From Bilabrum cf. latius (lineage: Eukaryota), in the NCBI GenBank assembly GCA_965178125.1, contig OZ237738.1, positions 372,001 through 436,000 of the forward strand: a stretch of 64,000 bases of DNA. The letters are read 5' to 3'. A program made the translations under genes and the position numbers. Shown in pieces: positions 15,001-26,936 of the stretch (its first letter is position 1; each line of letters opens with the position of its first letter). The notes below the pieces were generated by a model. That model was not told where the DNA came from, searched no databases, and saw nothing but the letters and a program-made list of their open reading frames with translations.

Positions 15001-18000
15001 CGTCTGGGAGCACTGGGGCCAGACACAGCACCGACCACGAACGTGCCAGAGCGGAAGCTGGGCCTGACCGATCCAGTGAAAGACTCGGAGCTCAGTGCAG
15101 TGGGTGACACAGTGGTCTGCCCCACAACCGAGACGACCCGCAAGTCAGTGGGGGCCACCTGGCTACCGTCCACGAAGAGCTTCACGGAAGACGTGCTCAC
15201 GATCCCTGGCGTCTTCACCACGGCGATATGCACGTACCGCTGGAGAGGCACAACGGAAGGCGCGGATCTGACTCGAAGAGACCCACCGAGATCGATCGCG
15301 ATCCTGCCAGCCCCATCCACGCCGAGGACTGCGCCCTCGCCGCGACCCGCCAGCCCGCCGCTGCTGCCAGTGGAGTTCACACCTACCACCTCCACGATGG
15401 TGTTGTCGATGGCATCGGATGGTACTGGAGATACGCCGGGCACTGATCCGCCTGCCCAGCCGCCACTCGTAGCAGGTGTGCTAGCGTACACCCAAGCCAT
15501 CATGGTGAACCCCGCATCCCCGAGCAGGGGCATTGCGGCCAGAGACCGCACAGCATCACCGGCCTGGTTGCCCAGCTGCAATAGACCCCTGTTCCAGGCC
15601 ATGCTGTTGGTAGTTCCGATCAGCTGGCCGCCGCGCCCTACATTCTGGGACACCTCGATGTCAGTGGAGGGGTCCATCTCGTCCATCGAGTCAGCACTGC
15701 CGATCTGAGTACCGCTGCCCTCCCGCAGGGGCCAACGCACGAACAAGCCGTTGTTGTACAGCCGAACCAGCCGACTGCCGCGCAGAGCCTCTGCGACCAC
15801 GCGTACATCCACGATGAAACCCGCCCACCTCCGACCAGAGCCCAGTCGACCAATGCTGATTGGGGCTGCCGCGATCGCGGGTGCGTTCTGGGCAGCCTCG
15901 GCGGAGGTCGCGGTGGGCTTGCGCAGTTGCGTGCTGATCTCCTCACCGTTAAGGAACAGGTGCGTTCCCGCATCCTTCTTCTCTAAAGAGCGGCGGACCA
16001 CTGCCACATGGTACCACCGCCTGGGCGCCAGTGCGCTGGTACCCTGCACGCGCACATCCTGGCCATATTCGAGTGACAGCACACCACTGCGCAATGATAG
16101 GGCCACGCCGGTACCTTGCGTGGCATAGTCACTGCCAGTTGCCGAGGCACCACCAGACAGGTCAGTACCCATGATGTGACTCACACCAGACGGGATGAAG
16201 TCACCGTCGTAGTATACCCAAGCAGACATCGTGAAGGAGGCATCACCCACGAGTCCAGAGTTACTGAGGGACCTCGCGCCGTTGCCAGTGCTGCCCGATG
16301 ATCCACTGAAGTGCAGAGCGCCGTCCTTCCACACACCTCCGCCAACGCTGCCAGAGTTGCTGTGCCCCGAAGCATCCAGCAGCAAGCTGCCGCTTTGTTC
16401 CTAGGTGCGCCACCACAGGGCATATCCATCTGTAGCCATGTCATCCGCGACTTCATCGTACAAAAGCTCCGCCTCATCCGGGGTCAGGGCGCGACTGAAC
16501 ACGCGAACACGACCGACATCGCCATGGAATCCGCCGGGGACCACACCTCGGCCTCCACCAGTGGTACTGCCAGGACCAGCCAAAGCCGCGCCGATCGTGA
16601 CATCGCTCCCGATGCTGACCTGGGGTAGGCCATCCACAGCGACATCGGCAGCCTGCTGTCCGTTGACATACAGCTGGGTGCGGTTGGTGTCACGGTCATA
16701 CACTGCTGTCAGCATCACCCAAGCGGGCGCATCCTCGACCTATCCTACCACTGACACACCTGGGGGGGAGTAGTCTTCGGTTTCGGTCGAGTCGTCGGGA
16801 AGGAGCATGGCCTAGGAGCCCGGCAGAGCCGAAAACCCAGTCTGCGCCACCTCACGGGTGAGAGGAATGGCAGGCGTTCCGCTGGGCGCAGTTGGGCTCT
16901 GCAGGTACCTCAGGTCAAACGCCTGGCTGTCTTTGGCATACCCTGTGCTGAAAAGTGAAGCTGTGCTGCTCTACCGCGCGGCATCCGTGGGTGCCCTGCG
17001 AGCCAGCATGCTGACGGTCAGGCCGGTCCTCGAGAAATTGGCTCCACGCAGGCCGGGAACGCGGAGGAAACCCCCCGATCCACGCAGGCTAACGTAAGAG
17101 ATCTGGAAGGCGGTTGCAGGAAACTGCACAGTTCCTTCAACCTCGGCGGTGCGGTCGTTACCGGATAGATCAGCCACAGTCACTTGACCCAGGTTGGTGG
17201 CGATCTGGTCCGCAGTGAAGTCATACGAGGCCTCCAGGTCAGAGGTAGTGTCTGCAGACCCAGTGTCAGCATACACCTCAAACTCATCGATCACCAGCGT
17301 GCCCTCGGTGCTATTGGCAAGCTTCAGCCTCAGGGCTGTGGCAAAAGTAGGCGTGTTGAGTGCGTACAGGTGCCTCAGTGGCGAAGTGGGCTGGATCGTG
17401 TCGATCTCGACCCACGAGGTGTCCATGGTAGTCGCAGAAGGGTTCATTACGCGGGTGTACTCCAGCGTGATGTTACCCATCAGTCGGTTGGCGAACACGC
17501 CAGTGTTGTCGCGCCCGAAGGCCACCATACGGACCCGCTTGCCGCCATCAGGCAGCACCACAGCGGCATAGTAGTAGTCCCTGGACTGGGCGCGAGACTT
17601 GAACATGTCTGCCGCGGGCACAAATGCATCAAGGTCTCCATACCTGCCATCCACCAGAGACTGCTCGCTCTGTGACCGGGTGCGGTTGCTGGGGTGGAAG
17701 CCTGACGTGAACACCGGCTGCCCACGGGCGATGTTTCCAGCCTGCATGGCAGCAGGCAAAGTGAAGTCCACCTGTGGCCTCAGCTCGTCCTGGTGCAGCT
17801 GGCCCTCACCCACGCTCTGGAGACGAAGCGGGCCCGCCGTGCCCCCAGCCCCCACGATGGGCTGCAGGGTGACACGGGTCTGACGCACGGACCGGTAGGC
17901 GGCGCTGTCTACCCGCATGGAAGCGCGTGGATGGGGCGCGGGGAAGCGGGCCCCACGCGGTGCCTGCAGCGTGACGGTGAAGTGCTTGTCATCCGTGATA

Positions 18001-21000
18001 GCCTGGGCCCCGGAGGACTGCAGCGGGACCGTGATGTACTTGGGGCTCGTGTCGCCGTGCGCCCACGAGATCTCGCCGCTTGCTGCCAGGAAATGGGTGC
18101 CAGCCTCAGCACTGCCTGCCACAGTGTGGAATCCGACCACGATCTCAGGTGCAGCTGCTCCGCTGCCAGCAGATCGAGAGCGCTTTGTGATGGCTCCACC
18201 TGCAGCAGACCGGACAACCTTGACGCGAACAGCGGGAGCTGCTGCCGAAGTGACGATGCTAGCAGACTCGGTACGGACCGTAGGCATAGTGGCCCCGGTG
18301 CGAGTCTCTCGGAAGAACAGCTCGAGACCAACACCTTCCTGGGGTCCGTTGCACCCATCATCGTTGATGGCATCAGCCCCGGTATCACCAGAAGCAAACT
18401 GAGAGTCCCACGAGTTACCGCACATGGGGTGTCCCATCTCCAGCGTAGAGTAGCAGGAGCACCCGTCGTCATCCAGCATGATCGACTTGATGCCGTTCTA
18501 TTGCCTGTACATGAACTAAGACTACTCCCGGCCGTGGAAGCCGCCTTGCGCAACCACAACTGGCTGCCACACGTGCTTGTCTGCGTGCCCCGAGGCCAGG
18601 CCAGAGTTGTCCTCGAGCACGTCGTAGAGAGTCTCCTCGCCCTTACTGAATGCAAGCCAGGCCCGGTGGGCCACGTCATTGTTCGGGTCGAAGGTCCAAA
18701 TGTACGTAGTGCCTTTGCTGTCACGAGCCATCAGCTGCGTGGACTCCTCCTTCAGGAAGGAGGGCATCTTGGCGAAGCAGTAGTCCGCGTCAGGGTCACA
18801 ATCGCCGAAGTCCTCAGAGAGCACGTCGTTCTCGCCGGATGGGAACGAAGACCGCGTGTGTCCATGGTACCACCAGAACCGGGTCCAGCCGCCATCGTCA
18901 GTGTCCATGTCACACTCAGCGCGCCACCCACCCTTTGCGTCCATTGACTGGTCCCCAGCCAGGGACAGCAGGCGGGGTCCGTTCAGCAGGCCAAGCTCGC
19001 CACCCACGGCAAGCCCAGGAGCGTTGGCAGTAGCGCCGAGCCGATGCAGAGCAATCACCTCGGAGGCTGACATCGAGCTAGAGTACACGCGAGCCTGATG
19101 AACGGCACCGCGGAACCTGCGGCCGCTGTCCGTGCAGGAGGGGTTCCTGCACCCGATCAGGACACGGTGCGTGGACCTGCTGTGGGTCTGCACGGAGGAA
19201 GTGGTGCGGCTGCGCAGGACATACCCGTCCTTGTAGAGCGTGCGAGTCCTGGTGGCTGCATCCACCGTGAGCACGAGGTGAATGCGGCGGCTGCCACCGA
19301 ACGAGTCCTCTTCCTGGGGGGTGCGCTGGGACGAGCTGGTGCGGCGGCGACCATCAGACGAGTCGAGCCACTCTCCGCGGTAGAGCTCTCCAAACGTGAT
19401 GGCATCGAATGAACCGGTGGAGTCCTTGCTCTCTGCAAGGGAGATCACTGCGCCCCCACCGTTGGATGAATGGTCATTGGCAGCCGAGACCCAGGCCTCG
19501 ATGGTGAACGAGGTCAAGTCAGAAGCAAGGGCACCGCAATCTGCATGCCCAGCCCCGTCCAGCACAAGAGACCCACCGCTCACGCGTGCAGTGCCCTCCA
19601 GCGAGCACTAGAAGCCGGTGGACGAGGCAGTGCTGCCTCCCACGCGGTTCATCGAATTCACCAGAGCGGCACTCCTGCGGGTGGCAGCAGCAGACGCAGT
19701 GCTGGCGCCCTCCTCGTCCAAGGAAGATCCCCCGTCAAAGTCCCAATCAGCGGCTGCCTTGGCAAGGGCGCTGACCTCAAGGCCAATGAGTGAAGGGCCT
19801 CCGCCTGCAGCACCGTGCACTGCGACCACGTCACGCATGGACAGGGCCCGCGAGTAGAACCGCACGTCGTACAGCCTGCCGTTCCACACGTGCTCGTTGC
19901 CACTGGCGGGGTCCTGGTGGATTCCCAGCTGCAAAGGAGCGGCCTTGATGGAGGGGGGCGCGTTGGCGGACGGCTGGCCGCGGATGGCGGCGTCCGTGTC
20001 GAGCTGAGCCACTGCCTTGGCTCCGTTGATGTAGATGGTGGTGCTCTCGAGCTTCTTGCTGGAGGGAGTCCTGGTCACGCACACGTGGGTCCACTCGCCC
20101 ACGGTGCCGGCGTCCTTGGACAGCACGCGGGCCCCACGGAAATCCACGCCGAGCCGGCCGCCCTTGAACGCACCGAAGACGAGGCCTTGGTTCGTCTGAA
20201 TGCCGCTGTAGGCGCGCAGCCCCAGGATGGGCGCATAGGACAGGGACGAGGGCCACTGGGTGCCGCCTTGATATCCGTCGTACCGAAACCAAGCGCAGAA
20301 CGAGAAGGCCTGGTCGCCTTCTACAGGGACAGGGGTGTCGCTGCTGCCTGCTTGCGCTGCGCCGGCCTCTTCAGTGGTAGTGGCGGACTTGAAGAGAAAC
20401 CCACCATCGGAGGCGCTGAACTTGTACTGGCTGGTGGCGGGCAGGTCGAAGCCACGGCCGGAGTAGTCGCGCACGTCGCCATTGGGCCGGGGCGCACCCC
20501 CGCCGGGAAGCAAGTACCATGCAACCATCTGATCTCCCGTGGCTGCATCGAGGTGCGCGCGGCACGACTGCATGGGTGCCTCCCCTGCTGTCCACACGGC
20601 CACAGAGCCGAATGCCCGGCCGTAGGTGGTGCCACCCGGCACCCGATAGAGGGCGCTCACAGCGCCCGAGTCGGCTCCCGCGTAGATGGCGGCCACTCCG
20701 TTGGAATCAGGGGTCCAGTCGCAGAGTGCGGTGGTGGACGAGACACGGGCCACTGCTCCGTACCCGTCACCCCCCTGCACCGTCATGGTACTGCCCTCCA
20801 CCTGCATGCGAGGCGGCAGGACGTTGTTCACGCAGGCGTCCGAGTCTGCCCCCGTGGACATGCACGACACGGTGGCCCAGTTGAAGTTGGTGCAGGCCTG
20901 GCTGGTTGAGGCGCTGGACCCGCGCACCAGTGATGGCCCATTGGCACCCACCGCCCGGGAGGGGTACTGGATCAGGTACGCGTGGTCGTATGTGCTTGAC

Positions 21001-21770
21001 CCCCTCAGCCCGGCCGAGGACTTGCCGCTTCGCCCCGACACCATGAGCCCGATGGCACCGCGCGCCAGCCCCTCATCGGCCTCCAGCGTGGCACCACCGC
21101 TCCTCCTGCTCGCGTTGAACACAGAGGTGCCCGATGCCTGGTCCTCCACGTTGAGGTTGCCGGGCAGCAGAGCCGAGGACTGCGTGGTGGACGCAGTGGC
21201 GTACCCCACCAGAGTCATGGCTCCAGTGGGCGAGACGAAGTCGCAATGGGCGGTATTGGACATCCAAGGCTCGTAAGTTCCGGATGAGATGGCATCCACG
21301 GCCGAGAGCCAGTTGGCACAGCCGGGAAGCTTGGTTGTAGTAAAAGTTGGAGACGAGCTGCCACCCAGCACGATGGCAGGAGACAGCGAGGTCGAGTCAG
21401 TGGCGTCCTCTGCCACACCTGCCTCGGCAGTGATGGCATACTCTGTCTCGGGATCGAGCGGCGCGGCCAGCTCCTCGCCTACCCTCAGGCTGAACTGGAG
21501 GACGCTGTCTGGCGTCCCAGCCCTGTCGTCAATTGCGGCGATACCAGCGTCAAACTCGGCGACCGCCACGCCGTCTGAGCGGCGGACGACAAAAACGGAG
21601 TGACCTGGACGCGCCTTGATTGCCGTGTCGAAGTGAATCTCAATCGTCGACGGCGACAGCGCGACCGAAGTCGCACCGTCGCTCGGCAGGGATCCATCAA
21701 CCGCTAGGGAAGCGAGTGACGAAGCCGCGAGGCTTCCAGCCAGGACCGCCAAGAAGGCGGATCTCGCCAT
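1..21770 (-). CDS. Giant (>7,000 aa) secreted/cell-surface multidomain adhesion or lectin-like protein; 3' end lies beyond the window start
   Basis: ATG at 21770 with a signal peptide (MARSAFLAVLAGSLAASSLASLA). About 20 minus-strand ORFs join in frame through 28 TAG codons and 5 GT-AG introns (12934-13025, 11934-12044, 11721-11821, 10273-10361, 9928-10021). No exonic in-frame TAA/TGA was seen, and the frame stays open to base 1. Motifs: Ig-like N-terminal domain; fibrinogen-like CDMDTDDGGWT; several LamG/ConA domains (WTHVAVT, WYHVAVV); Calx-beta (~17940-18150); Cys-rich CGNG..EQCDDGN..GDGCS..C repeat (~14010-14115); pentraxin-like; cadherin repeats (LDFET, DxD, DxNxPP; ~4110-7760); IPT/TIG repeats (~1-4100). 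Confidence 0.9.
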
Positions 21771-22496
21771 GACTGTCTTGTCTTACTGCTTGCAAGTGAT
21801 TGAGGCTGCGTTCATGAACGAGGGTGAAGTTTGGAGGACAATCAAGATACTACGTTGGCAGCCACATCAAGTGCGCGTCAGGGTTCTCGGTTCTGTTCCA
21901 ATTGAGTCCAGGCAGCGGCTAGAACGCAATAGGAATCGTTACAACAAAAAATGCGCAGTACTGGATTTTGTTGCGGCTTGCAGCGCTTTGGCAGTAAGCA
22001 TCGGCCTCTAGGACGAATGAGCTGTGTGGCACGCGCGTAGTCGGAACCTACCCTCAGGGGGTCCACGACGAACGAATGTGCCACACCGACCAACAAGAAA
22101 GACGAACTTACACAGGATAATCAACGAATACCTAGCAATACGCACACAGAGAGTCTGTGAGTGCTGTGCCTGTGCAAGGGATAGGTACATGGACAGGGCA
22201 AACGTCACTGTTGGATGAAACGGCTCGGATCTACTCGGGTCAGCAGAAAGGCACAGCCATGAGTATCTGGCTGCACTTTTGTAGAAATAGGGGTGGCCTC
22301 ACTTGTGAGTCTGTATCGTAAATGCCGCTTAGGCACGGATGATGCCTCTCGCGGTCTGCCACGGCGCCACAGAAAACATTTCACCCCCCACGGTCGCATG
22401 AGGTTCCGCAAGAATTGCGCGGCAGCGAAACGCAGCTTCAAGGTCGCACGACAGCCTGAAGCGGCACCTTCGCCACATAAAGGCCGGCTCCAATCC

Positions 22497-24332
22497 ATGG
22501 CAGCCATACTTGTTATACCTCTACTATGCTTGGTGGGAGTTGATGCACTGAAGGATTCGTTGGAGTGAGGAGCAGCATTTCAACCATCGCGCTATATTGC
22601 AATAGAAGTTGTTTCGCAGCGATCCACCACTTGCTCCACGACCCGCGAGACTTGCAGGTGCTCGGTCTGTAAAGACATTGTAGCTCTACTGCAAGATGCC
22701 GACAAGCCCATCCCTGAAGATGTCGTGGAAGCGGTTGCGAAGTCTGTTTGCATTGCTGGGGATGGCGGCTTTGGGTATTCGTGCAGCGGCGCATACGCGT
22801 GCGAGAATCTCTGCGATGGTGTTTCCAAGACATGGCCGCCAGTTGTCCTCTATATTATTTCTTAGCTTGCCGATACCCCTGAGGCCGACTGCGAAGCGCT
22901 GGGATTTTGCCCAAGCAACGCCTCTATCGTGGGGTTGCCCGAGCACGGCCGCTTCGACCCGAGCTACAGGAGTGCAGCGATTCGGCCAAGCAGCTCCGCT
23001 TTGCAAGCAGAGAATGCTTCCAACGTTGTCCGAATTGGCCACATCACGGACATCCACCTTGATCTGCACTACACGGTGGGAGCGGCAACGGACTGCGGGG
23101 AGCCTTCGTGCTGCTGGCCCTCACAGGTCAAGCCGACCGGACAGAACGACTCGTGCGGGTTCTGGGGAGACCACCACGGAGACACACCGCCGGCTATGCT
23201 GGATTTCCTGATCGAGCAGGCGGGCGCCATGAACCTCACCGCAGTGTATGCCACCGGGGACGACCCCTCCCACCAGGTGTGGCAGCAGACCGGGCCCATC
23301 AACAACAACCACTCCGTGTACGTGGCGCAGCGGTACAACGCGCTCCTGGGCAAGCGCGGGCCGGGGGGCGGCCCCGTCCAGATCGTCCCCGGTCTCGGAA
23401 ATCACGCGGGCTTCCCTGTGAACTGTTTCGCCATCCCCCCCTCGGTCAACCGCAGCGACCTCTACACGATCCACGCAGACACGTACAGGCAGTACGGCTG
23501 GCTCAGTGAGGACGCCCATGCGCAGTACCTAGAGGGAGGCTTCTTCTCCATGCCCGTGCAGGGCACCAAGGGAGTGGCCATCGTTCTCAACGACAACCTT
23601 CACGTCTCGGACAACTTCTACACTGCCCTGGGACAGGACCCTGACATGGCAGGCATGCTCACGTGGCTAGAGAAACAGCTGCAAGCCGCTCGCGCCGCGG
23701 GCTAGTGGGTGCACTTGCTGTTCCACCACCCCCCTGGCAATGGGGGGACTCAGACGGGCTGGCTGGAGGACGGCGTGGTACGCCTGTCCATCGAGTATGA
23801 CGACGTGGTGAAGGCCACATTCCACGGGCACATCCACAGCTCGGACCTGAGCGTGTGGTGGAAGAATGCAACGACAGCGGCCGGCAGCACCGAGGACGCA
23901 GGGTCCCAGGTGCCATTCCTCGTCAACTACATCGGGCCCGCGCCGGTACCCAGGGGCGGCATCAACCCGTCGTTCAGGACGTACGACGTGGATGCAGACA
24001 CGGGGGAGGTGCTGGAGATGCGCGAGTTCCGCGTGAACCTCGCGTCCCAGGGGCTGCTCAATCGTGAGTCGCGGCTCCCCTTGCCCCGCCTGGAGCCCCC
24101 AGTGGTGGCCAGCCGCGATTACAACCTCCCGGACCTCAGCGCCGCCTCCTGGGCCAGCTTCGCGAATCGGATGAGGACCGACAACGCCTCTTTTTTCGCG
24201 TGGGAGCTCAACGCACAGACGGGGAACCCTGACTTGGTGTCTCACTCGGCCAAGGAACGGCTCGAGAGGGTGTGCCACATGATCGGTGGCACGAATGCCG
24301 TGAGGCAACAGTGCCAGGCAGCGGGACTGTGA
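22497..24332 (+). CDS. Acid sphingomyelinase-like metallophosphoesterase with N-terminal saposin B domain
   Basis: Signal peptide MAAILVIPLLCLVGVDA; intron 22565-22657; saposin-like CSVC...LC...C..LGFC; metallophosphatase motifs TDIHLD, TGDDPSH, GNH, HHPP, GHIH, NPSFRTY. In-frame TAG at 22863 and 23703; ends TGA. Confidence 0.9.
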
Positions 24333-24592
24333 TGGGTACAAAGCTCGCAACATGCGCTTGCATGCAGATGCGAGTCTGCCGGCTGTGTGACCCGCAGCCA
24401 TAGCTGGAGCGCGTGGGCACAATGGCGGCCCTTAAGGCTGCGTGTGCGCCTGCGCTGCCAGTCTATTGCTCTGCACAATGCCGGTGGATCCACGCGTGCA
24501 CCTTTCTAATATTGACATTGAATAGCGACGCGAATGTATTGCATGGATCATTGGATGCCACACCACTCGCCGCTGGAACTTTTATGAAAAAT

Positions 24593-25963
24593 TTACCCGT
24601 CAAGGTGGACGCGGATCCGGCCCCTCCCCTCCCCTGCCGTCCCACGCCCCCCGGCTTGCTGCCCCCTTCCTCGGCCCCTGCCCCTGCCCCTGGCAGCCTG
24701 CTATCTCGCCCTCTACCTGCCGCTGGCCTCCCTTCTTGCCGCCTCTCCGGGCAGCACCACGTGCTCTGACCCATCCGGGGCGCTCCTCAGCTGCAGCAGC
24801 CCGCACCCGATCATGTCCAGCACGTGCAAGCTCGTGGCCAGAGGAGAGGTCTTCATCTCCCTTGCCTCCAGCACCGACCGCAGCACGCGCCCGTCCTTGG
24901 ACCTCCGCAGCACCGTGGCGAGCTCAGCCCTCCCCGCGGATATAAAGCTGCAGAGCGTCTGGCAGCCCGGCACCGTCACGTAAAAACTTGCTCGCTGGGA
25001 GGCAGCGGCGGAACGGGCGCCGCTGCTGCTGGCACTGGTGCTGGGCGCTGGGACACTGAGGGCCGCCGCTGCCGCCGCATCCGTTCGGGGGACCAGGACA
25101 CCGACCTTCTTCAGGATGCCGACAGCGACACGGACTGGTACCCTGAGTGTGGGCGGCTTTGCGGCAGCCCCAGCCCCTGGCCTCGTGCTGCCCGTCGCAT
25201 TTTCAGCGGCAGGACTCGGAGCAGCCTCGGAGATCGAGGGTGCTTTGGAAGCAGTGGCTCGCGGCAGGATGGGTAGACTCGTGTCCTCAGCGGCGTGCGA
25301 CACGCAGACGGTTGCTTCGATGTCTGCCTGGCTGGCTGAGGCCCCGTCGCGGCGCCCCATAAGGCGGAACAGCCGTCCAAGCCGGAACAGGACGGCGCGC
25401 TCCGCGAGGGTTTCTGCCTTCGCTGACAGCGATGCACCGACGATTGATAGCTCTGGAATGCTGGCGAATCCTGTTTCTCCATGAACTCCAAGCGGCAGCC
25501 AAACTTCCACAAGGTCGTTCAGGAGCACCGCCACTGGTGCTGCTCCGCCAGAACCGGCCCGCGTGGCTACAGCACCACGGCCGTCGCCCAGTTTCGCTCT
25601 GGACAAGCTCTGGAGCTCTATCTTAGCGACGGCTCTTGCTTGACTCAGCAAAACAATTCTGGCTGCCGCTAGGCTGACGACTTGTTGCTTTTGTTGTCGT
25701 TGCCATCCAACCATTGTGTGCTGGTCTGCCAGCAGTTCAGACACTGGAAGCCAGGCTGCATGGCCACTCGTTGGTCCTTTAGGTACGATGGAAGAATCTC
25801 TAGATCGCTTTGTGCCTACCAAATTCGCTGCATCAGTGTGATGATGCCTTGGAAGTCCCGAGCGTATTCTCTTGGATCTGTTCCAGGCACCACCACTTCG
25901 GAGTATCGAGACTGAAGCATCGGTATCCAGCGCTACTGGCGATATCAGATATTCATGGTCCAT
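24593..25963 (-). CDS. STK19: STK19-family protein with RG-rich C-terminal tail
   Basis: C-terminal block FYVTVPG...AGRAELATVLRRSK...SLHVLDMIGCGLL matches the STK19 family. Start at ATG 25963 is inferred. Reading through TAGs at 24713 and 24701 gives an RGRGRG tail ending in TAA at 24593-24595. Confidence 0.7.
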
Positions 25964-26185
25964 AAGACCAAAATTTATTCCATGCGCAAAGCACACGACG
26001 CCGAGCAAACGGAATGCGGGCACTGTTCGCAAATGGTTCCGGTTCCCGGTTCCGGTATGCTGTGTGGCATCGGTGCCAGTGGACGCGTTCGGTATTTGCT
26101 GCACAGCGAAAGGCCTTTGGCAGTCGTGGAGTAGGAGTCATCCGAATCGTAGCCTCTTCGTCCAGATCAGCGTCTGCATTGAATC

Positions 26186-26571
26186 ATGGCAAGCAAGGGG
26201 CCAGAATTACCGCCAACGCCGGCGGGCCCTGAGCCGTCTCCCCAGCGTGGGACTGCTCCAGATACCGCGAGGCTCCACGCTGGAGACGAATGCAAGCATC
26301 TTCAACAAGCATCGTTAGATTGCAGCATTAGACACCAGGCAAACAAAGCCACAGCGTGTGCCAAACACTTTGCTGATGTGAGTATACGCATCGGAGGTGC
26401 CCCTTCCAGAACTTACACCTTGGCCTCAACTGCATCGTGTATTGTTATATCGAAACAAATGTGTGGCCTGCTACAACACCCTCGCAGTACAAAAGATGCC
26501 GTCACGAGGTTACAAGAAGAAAGCGAGAGGCCAGCAAGAAGGCAGGTTCGGGGTGGTCACTTTTCGGCTGA
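26186..26571 (+). CDS. Twin CX9C mitochondrial intermembrane-space protein (COX23/CHCHD7-like)
   Basis: Exon 1 (26186-26377) carries CKHLQQASLDC. After intron 26378-26487 (GTGAGT...CGCAG), exon 2 completes CAKHFAD|YKRC and ends SGWSLFG-TGA. Confidence 0.8.
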
Positions 26572-26936
26572 TACGTGAAAGATTTGTGACTCATTGTATT
26601 GCTACTTTGGCACCATCCCTTTTTGCTGCATGCATAGCAGCTCAAGGCAGGACATGTCGCACATCAATAATCTGACATAATTGAATTACCACCCAACATT
26701 AATTCCGTTGGGCGAAACGATGCCTGTGAAAAGGCAAACCAGCGCGTGCTGTTGGGTTCTTTATCCCTTTATATATATTTCGATCTGGTTGCATCCAATC
26801 AGGGAAACGCATTTCCAGTTGGCTCAGCCGAGGGGAATCTAGGATCGCATCCAAGATTCTAGCGCCTGTTCTTGTGCTTGCCGCACTTTCACTGAATAGA
26901 GAAGACAGCACAAAAGCTTGCGCCGAAAATTGAGAC

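Noticed and set aside
25964-26104. N-terminal extension of the STK19 ORF from the GTG at 26104
   Set aside because: It is a non-ATG start with no family similarity, and it lies in the likely promoter shared with the COX23-like gene.
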